64,000 nt of DNA from Trichosphaerium sp. ATCC 40318. Lineage: Eukaryota; Protista; Tubulinea. The stretch spans positions 62,001 through 126,000 of the forward strand of contig JALMLS010000354.1 in the NCBI GenBank assembly GCA_038496445.1. Direction: 5' to 3'. Within the stretch, counting starts at the first letter, position 1, and each line of letters starts with the position of its first letter. Below the pieces are notes generated by a model. That model made no database searches. It saw only the letters and a program-made list of their open reading frames with translations, and had not been told where the DNA came from. The translations under genes were made by a program, and so were the position numbers. Below, piece by piece: positions 41,143 to 52,914 of the stretch.

Positions 41143-42703
41143 ATGACACCCAAACGAGGCAGGTTACAGCGTGAAATTGCGTCCTGGGGCTTCAATATCG
41201 TCCGTGTCGATGAGGTACGTGAGCGGAGGCGTCAAACTTGCTAACTATGTTGTTTTGGCGTAGTTATGCCACAACAAACCCCTGCTGCACGTGGCTAAAA
41301 GTATTTTGACTATCCGCGGGTTAGACGCCATGTACGTCCACTGCACTTGTACAAACCGGTTGTATCTCACAAGGTGTCCTCGTTTAGTGTGGATATGGAT
41401 AAATTTGCGCGCTTTGTTAACAAGGTGGAAAGAGGATATTGCGGTGGCAGCAAAAAGACCAAGAACCCTTACCACAACAACTTACACGTGCGCAAAAACC
41501 CCCCCGTGATGGTAGCATTGCTGATTTACACATAAAGGCTTGTGAAGTACTACAAGCAATGCATATTTTTATTAGCAAGGGGGAACTAGAAAAGTGCGTG
41601 TAATGGTGTTTGCGGGGCACTATTCGGCTAATAACTAATTTAAATTAACCAAAACCAGATTACTTTCACCCGAAGAAAAACTGGGTGCCCTTTGTGCAGC
41701 CCTGTTACACGACTACAAACATCCCGGATTGACTGCCGGATATATAGAGGTCCAAGAATAGCTGTTTTTCAGTTTTGCATTGTTTGACTCGCCCTAACGT
41801 TTTGTAGGCGGTACAGCACCAGATTTACAAGGAACACGGGAGTATGGAGCACTATCACGTGCACGAAGCGTTTAATCTGTTAGAGGGTACGAAACATTTG
41901 GTACTTTGCAAAAATAGAAAATACTCATGTAGTACATTCACAGGCGACTCTTCAAAGTACATGTTCGTTGATAAGGACAAATATCCTACCCATAATTTTT
42001 TTTTTCTCATTAGCCAAAAATATGTTTTTTTTTTATCCCTTAACGATACAAAGTGGCAGCGTATTAAGCCAATCATTCAGGATTTGATATTAGCCACGGA
42101 GTTCAAGGGTAACAAGAAGTTTGCAATAGATTTCCAAACACGGCTCGATAAAGGCACCAAAGGTTTACCTGTTTTTTGTTGTATTAATCTTTGGGGAATA
42201 AAACAGGTTTTGTTCTGGGCCACAACAACAAACTCTTAGCTTTGAAGCTATGTCTTAAATGTGCAGATCTGTGCCACGCTTGCAGACATACTTCATCTCA
42301 CGTGTACGTTTGAATAGGATTATTGGTTGAACTGATTAAAGGTATTGCTCATAGGTACTGGTCCAAGCACGTTTATCAAGAGCTCTTTGCTGTTGGGGAT
42401 TTGATGGAAGATAATGGTCTCCCAGTGCCAAGTATACTAAAGCGGTATGAGCGAAATGCACTTGTTCGCTACTAACTTTCTTGTGCCCATTGTAGGACAA
42501 CCAACATAGGTGCATTGCAACAAGGATTCTTAATGTCAACGCGAAAAATATTTAACTGTATAACTACCCTCTTCCCTGACACTGCATTTATCTTGGACCA
42601 TCTACAGGCGAACGAAGATAGTTGGAAGTCCAGCATTAAACCGTTCATGCCAAAGTTGAGGCGTGGTGTGTCGATAGATTCTATTATTCCAAAAACAATG
42701 TAG
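41143..42703 (+). CDS. Class I 3',5'-cyclic nucleotide phosphodiesterase, catalytic domain only; contains an AT-AC intron
   Basis: SWGFNI, NPYHNNLH|ACEVLQ, AALLHDYKHPG, EHYH, LILATE, LKCADL, QQGF. Confidence 0.88.
41981..42049 (+). other. U12-type (minor spliceosome) AT-AC intron, 69 nt
   Basis: 5' ATATCCT, T-rich body, branch CCCTTAAC, terminal AC; removal restores the expected PDE motif spacing. Confidence 0.85.
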
Positions 42704-42750
42704 TGTATGTAAAATATCAAGCAAAAAGAAAATTGTTCTTGGATTTTCTC

Positions 42751-45700
42751 TTAGTTCTTTTTTTTATTATTATTACCGTTTGAATTGTAATAATTTTTTT
42801 TTTGTTGTGATGTAGTTCCCCCCTTATTGAAAGGGCGTCGCATGTTTGTAGAAGCGGCAGAGTCGCTGTTTGTTGCTGGATTGCGCCTAGATCGGTGAGC
42901 CCCGTCTTTACGTGGTGTCCAGCCAATCCATTCCAACTCTTTTCCTGATGGTCTTTGTTCTCTGTAAAATCGCTGAATATCTCTCGCGTGAGACTCGCTA
43001 ATCCCTATGTGTAATGTTATTATTGCACTGTGCTCGGAGAAGAAATATGGAGAGAAGTTGAGAAGAAAATAAGGCGCAAAGCAAGGCACAAACAAGTACT
43101 AACCCGCCACACTCCGCAAATTCCGTGAAACGAATTTATCAACCTTAAATCCCTTTAACACAAAGTCCTTGACATAGTTAGTTTAGTAGTACACAGACAT
43201 TAACCAAGTGCAACAAAGTGAGTAAGAGTACCTTGTATATTTCAAAAGCTGTGTCAAATTGGTAGGTCCGTTTGCAAGCAGCAAGCATTGTTTTAAACGC
43301 TTTTTCGTCAGGCTCATGCGCTGATAAAAGCTGATGCCAGTGGCGCTCTACACCTTCGACATTGTTTGCTCTGGCAGAGGCATCAATTGCGTATGTTAAC
43401 GCTTTTAAACCTTTTATTGGAAACAAAAAAAGTCAATGAAACGTTTCAAGCAGAGGAGGTCCAATGAATTATGTGAGAAGTACGTACTGGGTTCTATGCC
43501 TTCCTCACGCATCTCCTCGTACCAGCCTAAAACACGCCTCATTTTTCCGTGGTAATAGGCACCTTCAAGTAATATATCGTATATTTTGTCTGTCATGACG
43601 TGATCTACAAGTACCTAGTCAGAAAGCGCCTCGACGACATGTAATTTTGATTATTTTTAGATGTCCACTTACCCAAGTCCCTTGCTCTGTCCAAGATGAC
43701 ATCTATCTTTTCAAAATTACCACTGTTGGCCAAATACCGCAAGAGGTACTCATATGCGTGAATAGGGAACAAGATCTTTTCATCTGATTCATTCATCGTG
43801 CTCTACAAACAGCATGTGAGACGGAGATTTCATTCTTTTTTGCAAGCAAAATAGTGGGGGTGGTCCCTAGACGCACAAACAACAAAGCCTCAGCATCATC
43901 AACTTTACCCAACCGCATCAACAAATTTATGACACAAACGCTGAGTAGCACTCTATAATTGAGATGACTGCCCTTTTGCTTTTCTCGCCATCTTGTAAAC
44001 TTTTCGCACACCTTATCAAGGTTTTGGTTAGTTTTTGTCTTGGTAGGCGAAGAAGCTAGTTTCAATAACTGTCTTGTTTCAGTATAGGTACCTCTTCTAA
44101 CCTATCGTTGTCTCCTCGCCTTTGTAATTTTTCCAAAAACAAATCAAACTGGTCAGCTGCAGGAATGCGTTGCCTAACAAATCGTCTTGAGCATATACTG
44201 TTGTGAAATGCAATGGTAAAGTCCGACACTAATCGCTAGCGTAATTGTTGCATTAGTAACGTACTTGTGTAGTATCTCTGTGAGGTACTTCATTGAATAG
44301 TCCGGGTGTAAATCAGCGTTGGCTGCCATCAAGAAACTCAATGTTTGCGCATCAGGCATTATCTTTTGCTCGCGTTTCATTTCACCAACAGCGCTTTGTA
44401 AAAGATCATAACACTTATTATTGGCAAGGTTGCAAAACAACCGATTCCAAGCAGAGACTGTCCTAATAGATGGCGAGTTCTCCTTGAACATTTCCCACAC
44501 CTTGTTGAATTGATCCAAAGGTGCGACAGCGTTCTTCTTTCCAGACATTCTGGAACGTAAGTGAGTACAGGTCATAACCGCCAACAACTAAAAGCCATTG
44601 CGTACATGTCTAAAATTTCTAACCAACTAGACTTGTCGTACACGTGACCGTCAGTCATCGATGCCTCAACCGAACGCACCGCCTTTCGGAAAATGAAAGT
44701 GTGAGTCTAAATTGTTGCTCTCGCCGTGATTGAATGTAGTGTACCTCGATCCAACTAGCACGTGCAGCATGGTACTTGAACAGTCGCAGGTAACATTCAA
44801 CGTAGAGCGGCAAGCACGGGGCCCCTTGTTCATGTTGCTTCCGTGCATCATTTAACAGTTGGTTTGTTAAATCCAAATTCTTCGCAAAGATGGTTGCTGC
44901 ATTGATATGTCAATAACTGATTTGTTGTTGCAATAAAAACAAAACAAAAAAAAAAAAAACCAGTATTATATAGTATACTCCAATACGTACCCTTTATTAA
45001 GGCACTGTACGTCATGCGATCAGGAAATACACCTATGTACAACGTTTAGCACTTTCAAAGAAACTATGTAGCCTAAACTAAAGGTGTGGGTACGCACCAC
45101 TTGTTTCCATATCTTTTTTATAGTTGAATGCTTCAACAAATAATTTTTTTTTTGCAAAAGCTCCTATTATCGCGTTGTACATGGAAGATGTCTCAAGCCC
45201 TTGACATGCATGTAAGACACAAAGGTGTGTTTGTGCAAAGTGGGTTTTCGGTACCTTGCTCCTTCAACTCTGCAAATTTTTGTCTGGCCTCTGATATTTC
45301 ACCACCTAGATAGACACATAAGTTATTGTCAATTTTTTTTTTTTTTTGGATTCATTTTCTAGAATTAAAACAAAAACCTACAATGGATGTAGCCGCTAAG
45401 AAGAATGCGATAGTGTGAAGAATTTGGTGTAATGGCATCCTCCCTCATTTCGTTCCAGATTCGTCTCAATAGCAACGGATTACCACTTCTCTTTGCGCCT
45501 TCTAGCATATAATAGTAGATAAACTCTGTTGGTTGGCTGGGAGATTCCCGAATTTTTTGTAGCTGTTTGTAGGCGCCTACAATCACAGGTGTCAACATAC
45601 CTGTCAATTTATAAAACTGTGAGCACCTTGAAACCTGTCTGTTAGTACATATTGCTTGATCTTTAGCGCAGTTCGTATTGACGACTGTGAGAGGGCGCTG

Positions 45701-45907
45701 GAGTCGTTGAGGTCATTGAGTAAATCTAAAACGTTTTAGATGATTCTCGTGGCAAAAAGCCATCCATAACGCACCTAGGCTGTCGACTTCGGGGTCAATA
45801 TCCAATTGCACGCGCGAAAGTGAGAAACGACGAGCTGTGGTAGTGGGGTGGCGCTTCTGTAAACACTGTGCTTGTTGTTGCGCCCATTTTCTCGTAAGAC
45901 AGTACAT
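42751..45907 (-). CDS. Pentatricopeptide-repeat (PPR) protein, probably mitochondrial
   Basis: Presequence-like MYCLTRKW..RRFSLSR; PPR-like units such as IWNEMREDAITPNSSHYRILLSGY, GVFPDRMTYSALIK, EMKREQKIMPDAQTLSFLM, WYEEMREEGIEP. Confidence 0.8.
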
Positions 45908-46191
45908 AGTTAAAATGCGAGCATACAACTCGACAGAACTCAGAAATCAAAACAACTAAAAAAAAGCAACTACAGGTCAACTGAGGTCTAGCTTTTGACG
46001 AGCAAAACCAACCTCCTTACGTGCAATTTGTAGTTGCTGAAACAGCTTTTAAAATGCGGCCCAGAATTTGTGTAGAGGTGTTGTGGTACAATTACTTAGT
46101 TGGAACATTTTTGGTGACACTTGGGAACAGTAAGTTTCTACAACTTAATCATCTTTTTTATTTTTCGTAACAACATCTTTTACTCAACAAC

Positions 46192-47778
46192 ATGGCCGAC
46201 CAACAAACCAAAAAACGCAAGTTTCAAGGCACTATATATCATATCAACTCGTAACGTTTCATGTTTGCTTACCTATGTTTTAGCAAGCGGATTCAACCCA
46301 CCCTGCGCTGCTCCAGTTAGTTTCCGTAAAGAACTGATCGCTACTGCTGTACGCCATCTACTCACGCGTGTTTAGACATTAAGACCTTGTAGAGAGCCAT
46401 TGCTACTCCTGGACGCGGTATCCTTGCAGCTGATGAGTCAACTGGAACCATCGGCAAGCGTTTGGCTGCCATTTCACTTGAGAATACCGAGGAGAACAGA
46501 CGTGCTTACAGAGAGTTGTTGTTCCGCACTGAGGGTACGTTTATGCGTGACTTTGGTGATCTTACAATACCACCCCCAGGCTTGAACAAATACATCTCTG
46601 GTGCCATCATGTACGAGGAGACTCTATTCCAAAAAGCCGCAGATGGCACTCCAATCGTTGATTTGTGTAAGGCTCAAGGTATTGTACCTGGCATTAAAAC
46701 TGACTTGGTACGTTGGGAGAAGATTAAAAAAAAAACGGTATAACTAATATCTGCTGTTTAGGGATTGCGCGCCATCCCTGGCACTGACGAAATGGTACGT
46801 GACAGTTTATAGGCAAAACAGCCAGGTTTCTTAAAGCAAACTCATTTTTAATTTTTTTTCTACAGGTAACTCAAGGCCTCACAGACCTCGACAAGCGTAG
46901 CGCCAAATACTACAAACAAGGTGCCAGATTCTGCAAGGTACCGTGCTTTTTGACTTGAGTCGACAAGCTAAAAAAAGTTTGTGTGCTCACCGTTTTTTTT
47001 TTACAGTGGCGTGCTGTTTACAAGATCTCTGATACGACACCATCCCCAGCTGCTATCAAATTGCAGGCTGACAGTCTCGCTCGTTACGCTGCAATCTCTC
47101 AAGCCAATGGACTTGTGCCTATTGTAGAACCAGAGGTACTTTTTATATCATCATATCTACCAAGTTTTTTTTTCGTCTATTGAAATTGGTGCTAATTGAC
47201 CTTGGTAGGTTCTCATGGACGGCCCTCATTCCATTGAAAAATGTGCTGCTGTATCAGAGAAAGTATACGCTGCTGTATTCAAGGCTTTGAGCGACAACCA
47301 CGTCATGTTGGAGGGTATCTTGTTGAAGCCTAACATGATCACATCTGGTTCTGATGCTAAAGACAAAGCTGACCCTCAAACTGTTGCGTCATACACACTC
47401 CGCACCCTTCAACGCACAGTTCCACCAGCTGTACCAGGCATTAACTTTTTATCTGGTGGCCAAACTGAGGAAATGGCAACAGTACACCTAAACGCCATCA
47501 ACCAACTCAAAGGTGCCAAACCATGGAGAGTCTCGTTTTCTTTTGGTCGCGCCCTTCAAGCATCTGCAATTCAAGCTTGGAAAGGTAAAAAAGAGAATGT
47601 TGCTGCTGCACAAGCTACTTTGTTGAAGCGAGCAAAAGCTAATGGTGAAGCTGAGCTTGGCAAATATGGTATGAAATTTCTAAAATCAAATTGCCTGTTT
47701 TGACTCTGTTTTATAGGTGGAGATGCTGCTGATCCAGATGCACAAGTTTCCTTGTTTGAAAAGGATTATTATTATTAA
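46192..47778 (+). CDS. ALDO: Fructose-bisphosphate aldolase class I
   Basis: [58 protein letters not shown]; C-terminal Tyr. Confidence 0.96.
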
Positions 47779-47948
47779 TTGTTTAAATAAAGTAGTTATT
47801 CTTTTAAGCCTTCTTTTGTGCAAAATTGTTCTACTCTTTGTGAGTTTTCTCAACATGCATACATATATACAGGGCTGCAACTATTAAGCATTTTTAACAA
47901 AGGTTTTTGCCATCAATACAACCTTATTTTCCACCAACAGGGCTAAAA

Positions 47949-48753
47949 CAGGTCTAAAAAAATAATATTAATAGTTTTTGGTATATACCACTTTTATACC
48001 ACTTTTTTATACCAGTTTGTTATGGTATATACCTCTTATATACCACTTTATGCCTACTTACAATACACCTGCAATTCCAGAAAATACACTTTATTTAATA
48101 CACAGTTTGTGAGTTACAAGTTTTGGACAATGTCCACTACAGTTACATTACTATGGGCATCTGGAAAATTCGTCCATCTCCATGATCTTTGTATACCTAC
48201 TGTAAAAACATGCTGCGCACCTAATGAAAGTGGTCCCACCTGAATCCATCAATTACTAATGCCTATGGAGGTCAGTTAATGTATATCAAACGAAAATAAA
48301 ATAAAACTTTGTCTGGTACCCACGAACGTCTGTATAATACCTGCAATATAGTTTCCTTAATGTTGGTACTGGAATCAGGTCCTGCGGTTCGAATGAGCTT
48401 GGTTTGGTTAGATTCTATGATATACTAAGGTCTCTACGCACCGTTCAATGTATGGCATCTATGATCATTCAACAAGAAAACCCATTACCAAAAAGCTCCT
48501 TAATGACCTTCTTGAAGCATATCATAAAAGTGGTATATACCAATAAAAAGGTGGTATATACCACTTTATATATCATTTTTAGAAGGTCTCATTATGTGAA
48601 TGAAAAGTGGTATATACCACTTCCATATACCTCTTTTTTATTCACTTAATTTCTAAAAAAAGTGGTATTTCAAAATGGTATATACCAGTCCATATACCAT
48701 TTTGTTGAAAAAAGTGGTACAACCATAAAAAAACACTTTAATTTTTAGACCTG
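47949..48753. mobile_element. Non-autonomous TIR element (MITE-like), 805 bp
   Basis: Perfect 12-bp TIR CAGGTCTAAAAA...TTTTTAGACCTG; both ends carry clusters of the palindromic GTGGTATATACCAC motif and its half-sites; no clear TSD. Confidence 0.75.
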
Positions 48754-48901
48754 AACTGAAGTTGGCATGTAAAAGCAAATCCCAGTTTAAATGCCTGGTT
48801 TTAAGGCTAAATGCCTGTTAGATGTGATGCAGTACACAACTATTCCAGGCATAAACAAGCCATTTAACCCTCCAAATGTTGGGCATAAATCAAGCATTAT
48901 T

Positions 48902-48971
48902 CAGGTATAATGCAGGGTAGCTGCGCCTAGCTTGTAAAAAAAAAAAAAAAAAAAAACAGGTATAATGCAGG
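48902..48971 (+). mobile_element. Minimal retroposed insertion: 19 nt + A21 flanked by a perfect 15-bp TSD
   Basis: CAGGTATAATGCAGG (48902-48916) - GTAGCTGCGCCTAGCTTGT - poly(A) 48936-48956 - CAGGTATAATGCAGG (48957-48971). Confidence 0.85.
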
Positions 48972-50062
48972 CATAAAATGCATTTTTAAGGCATCAATCT
49001 TGTATTTATTTAAATGAATTAGGGTTTTTTAGAATTGATGAAATACTAAGAGCATTACATGCTGTTTAATAGAGGACCACCATTTTTAGCTGTTGATATA
49101 TTGGAGATTGTACTTTTTCTTTGTACCTACCTTAAAAATATACAAACATGAACAATCAAACATCCCTTTATTGAACAAAAAGGGTTTGACATTGCTTACA
49201 TATGCTGATTAATGCCAAAGAGGCATGTTTTGAAATGCAATTGTTATTTGTGTTCCATGAAATGCATACTTTATGCTTCATTATGCTTTATTTCAACCAA
49301 ATGCCAGCATTTGGTAGATAATGCCAACTTCAGTTTCAACCATGAAATTGCAGCAACAAGCATTTTTATTGACATTATACATGTTTACAACTGAAAAATC
49401 ACAATTAAAGCACATCTTGTTATGGCATTGGTTTACAGTCAAGCTTACTTTTGTAGCCAAACCAAACAATGTATTTGTCATCTCCAATAACCTTTTTTGC
49501 CTCTGGTTATCCCAGCATTACAATACCTTGCCACCTACTTTAGCTGAGTTATAACAAAGGTTGGAAAGTTGATTATGCTTGATTTCAATGTAGTTTTTTG
49601 CTGGTTTTTGTTGTGTTATTGCATAACTTACAAACTGCTCAAAAAAAGTGGCATTGGTATATTTAAGTACAATGCATGGTTTCATGGTGGTTTGGTTCAA
49701 TGCACCTTTTTTAGGCAAAAACAACAGAAAATATGTATTTGAAGTAGTTTAAGGGTGTTTTATAATATTTTACTTTGTTTGACCATTGGCAGTGTTAAAT
49801 CATAACACATGTGCACATGGCAACAAAAGAGGTGTAATTATACCATTTATTTCTCCAATAACAAATTCATGGTTGTGGAGTATTTGGCAGTATAATTACT
49901 GCTATTACTTGCTAATTATGTTTGGTTGACAGGTTTTTTATGATCCCTCTAAGTATGCAATTAAGCAGAATAAAGAACAGAAATAACACCAACTCACAGA
50001 CACCTACAAAACCACCTAGTCAACATCAAATGGATAAACCAAAAGAACTACTTGCAAGATTA

Positions 50063-51175
50063 CAGTGGTGGAATCAGACAAAATACGCGTGCCTAAAACG
50101 TGCCATTTGTGTGGAAAATAAACGTGCCCAAAACGTGCCCAAAACGTGCCATTTGCGTGTTGTATATTTGCAATAAACGTGCCCAAAACGTGCCATTTGC
50201 GTGTTTTAACCATGTCCTGTTCTTAATAGAAATTTGGAGAAAAATTCAAAATAAAAAAATTGACAAACTCAAAACTCAACCATCTCACCCCAAAGCCGAT
50301 CGCCTCCAATCGTCAACAATAAAACATGTATTTTCACCCAAGTAAGCAGTAGTTAGGTTTGTATCGGCATGGTTCTAAAAGTAGGCGAAAAAATCTAAAA
50401 ATACCCAAAAACCAACAATTTCTTGATTTTTCTATTTTTCGTGAATAACTCAGGTCTACTAGTACGAATCCTTTAAAAAACGAAGCATGGCCCACTATTA
50501 GGTACGATGCATGGTTTCGTGGTGGTTTGGGGTTCGGTGCCCCTTTTTAAGGCAAAAACGATAGAAAATAGGTATTTAGGGTAGTTTAAGGATATTATGG
50601 CTCAATAACTCCACTAAACCTCTTTTTAAAGACGATTATTGGATTTGAGATTTTTTGCCTAATTAGGTAAGTTCTTGCTTAAGTATTTACGATAAGGCAG
50701 AATTGGTGAAAAAAGCAGGTAAAATGGCAAAAACATGAAGTTGGTTGATATAAACTGGGTATCGTTTATGTGGGGATAGTTTTATGTAAAGTTTGTAATA
50801 ATTGTACCAAACCTCTTTGTAATTGTTATGTGTTATGTATCATAATAAATCGTTATTTTCTTTTCCTCTATAAAGTGGTGTTTTATGCATGCCCAAAACG
50901 TGTGATATGCGTGGCAAATATGCGTGCCCAAAACGTGCCCAAAACGTGGAAAATAAACGTGCCTAAAACGTGCCCAAAACATAGATAATAAACGTGCCCA
51001 AAACGTGTCCAAAACGTGCAATTTGCGTGGCCAGCATGTGGAAGAGAAACGTGCCTTTTGCGTGGGAAAAAAACATGCCCAAAACGTGTCCAAAACGTGT
51101 CTTTTGCATGGAAAATAAACATGCCCAAAACGTGCCCAAAACGTGCGATTCGCGTTCTGTCCAATTCCACCACTG
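50063..51175. mobile_element. Non-autonomous Tc1/mariner-type TIR element, 1113 bp, TA TSD
   Basis: TA|CAGTGGTGGAATCAGACAAAA ... TTCTGTCCAATTCCACCACTG|TA; subterminal arrays of AAAACGTGCCC at about 50085-50205 and 50890-51146, in the same orientation. Confidence 0.85.
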
Positions 51176-51283
51176 TACCTACTATTAAGAGAATGTCATG
51201 CAAGACTTTATTCTTATCAAGGTTTTCAGCAAAGTTTAGATGACATACAGTATTAAAAAAGCAAATTTTCTTTGACAGCAACC

Positions 51284-51383
51284 AATGTAAAACATGCAAA
51301 TGGCACATTTTGGGCTGTTTTGTGCATGTTTATTTTCCACACATACAGCATGTTTTAGGCACATATTTTGTCTAATTCCACTG
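51284..51383 (-). repeat. Older inverted copy of the left end of the 50063 element
   Basis: Reverse complement aligns to 50063-50165 with all CpGs lost. Confidence 0.8.
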
Positions 51384-51409
51384 GTGGTTTTTTTATGAAA
51401 CCCAAGTAT

Positions 51410-52645
51410 CAGTACTGGAATTGGGATTTTGACCCGTACTAAACCCGTATGGAACCTGTACTTTTGACCCGTACAAAACCCGTACGTGACCCGTACTTTT
51501 GACCCGTACTTAACCCGTACGGGTTCCGTATTGTTGACCCGTACTCTACCCATACGGGTTACGTACAGGATCCGTATGGGTAGAGTACAAGTAAATAGTA
51601 TGAAAAATTGTAATTATTGGATACAGAATATACTCCATACAATGTATGTGTACACATATATCACATGTGTGCCAAAACCACAACCATCAGTATACACTTG
51701 CAATCAAAAAAAATTTGGCCATCAAATTTTGTTTGGATTTGGCGATCAAAAAATCCAAAAAAAATTACTGCAATTAAATGGCAGCTTGTAATCGTAAGAT
51801 ACAAAAACATGTATTATTAATAGATGAGGGTGTTTTAAAGTTATTAGGGCATTTACTTAAGTAAAAAGTAGAGGAGAAAACTTAATAAAGTGCAAAATGT
51901 AGCTTTTTGCTGAATTTTGTTGTTTTATTGAATAACTTTGGTCCGACTGTATGAACTGCTCAGAAAATGTAGCATTAGGTATATTTAGGTATGATGCATG
52001 GTTTCATGATGGTTTGGGGTTCAGCTCACCATTTTTAGGCAAAAATGACAGAAAATATGTATTTGGAGTAGTTTAAGGATATTATGGCCTAATAGCTCTA
52101 TTAAACCACTTTTTAAAGGCGATTATGGGTTTCAAGCATTTTTCTGAAATAGTCGTTAAGTTGTGGATATTAAGTTGGGTTTTAGGACAATTAAGGCATG
52201 ATGTCTAAAATATCTCCTCAAACAGGTCAAAAACATGGTCGTTTAGTGGTAATGGGGTTGTAATGTAATGTAATGTATTGTAATGTGTTGTAATGTAAAT
52301 GTACTTGTTATAGTTAAGAAAACAATAAACCAATCCATCATTTTTACTATTTTGTGTACACAATTATAACTGCTGACACATATTTTGACCTGTACCTAAC
52401 CCGTACGGGTTCTGTACTTTTGACCCGTACAAAACCCATACGGAACCTGTACTTTTGACCCGTACTCAACCTGTATGGAACCCGTACTTTTGACCTGTAC
52501 TCAACCTGTACGGGTTCCGTACTTTTGACCTGGATTAAACCTGTACGTAACCTGTACTTCCGACCCATACAAAACCTGTACGGGATCTGTACTTTTTGAC
52601 CCGTACTCTACCCGTACATTATCCGTACTCCCGATTTTACTACTG
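51410..52645. mobile_element. Non-autonomous TIR element, ~1.24 kb, with TTTTGACCCGTAC subterminal arrays
   Basis: Imperfect TIR CAGTACTGGAATTGGGA / TCCCGATTTTACTACTG; arrays at 51427-51590 and 52383-52630; internal core homologous to 50440-50650. Confidence 0.72.
52259..52303 (+). repeat. Imperfect (TGTAA)n microsatellite inside the 51410 element
   Basis: tgtaatgtaatgtaatgtattgtaatgtgttgtaatgtaaatgta. Confidence 0.8.
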
Positions 52646-52914
52646 AAACAAGCACAAATATCAGTGTCAAAGGTAGCTGTGATGAAGCATTGTTGGCAAA
52701 CAATATTTGCTTGAGCAGCATCATTGCTGTGTTGGTGCCAGAGATAGATGGGTTTGAGGTGATAGCCCTGCTAAGAGGCCCAACATAAGGACAAAAAGAG
52801 TAGGACTAAGAAGGTTGCCTTGGCCAATGCCTTGTTCCACTGTAAATGACTTTGTTGCAGATGATGCAATTAATGTGAATAAAGATGTTCATTTGCAGTA
52901 AATTGACAATGGCA

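Larger units (their letters stand above)
47870..49800. mobile_element. Old degenerate TIR-type element (left end TA|CAGGGCTGCAAC, AGGCAT/ATGCCT-rich) hosting younger insertions; right end not found
   Basis: Abrupt switch to CpG-poor non-coding DNA after aldolase; carries a decayed copy (49620-49760) of the core shared with the elements at 50063 and 51410. Confidence 0.4.

Noticed and set aside
15900-46430. Other RTATCCT matches as additional U12 donors (about 15925, 16230, 18935, 40150, 46418)
   Set aside because: All lie inside conserved coding sequence (Y-P or G-I-L codons) and have no downstream CCTTAAC branch site.
50505-50550. tRNA/SINE-like A-box, B-box and T-run in the shared core (TGGTTTCGTGG..GGTTCGGTGCC..TTTTT)
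   Set aside because: The boxes are only about 9 nt apart, the B-box is imperfect and no cloverleaf forms; not called as a tRNA or SINE.
49922-52568. ORFs with repeated peptides (PKTCPKR, FWARFGHV, GQKYRF)
   Set aside because: Translations of the subterminal DNA repeats, open on both strands, with no protein-like features.
50085-52630. AAAACGTGCCC and GACCCGTAC arrays as CRISPR-like or telomeric repeats
   Set aside because: Units are 9-13 bp, irregularly spaced, lack unique constant-length spacers and are bounded by TIRs; no cas genes; eukaryotic context.
52646-52914. Possible zinc-finger remnant of another LINE downstream of the poly(A)
   Set aside because: Cys/His residues are present but frames are broken and no motif can be established.
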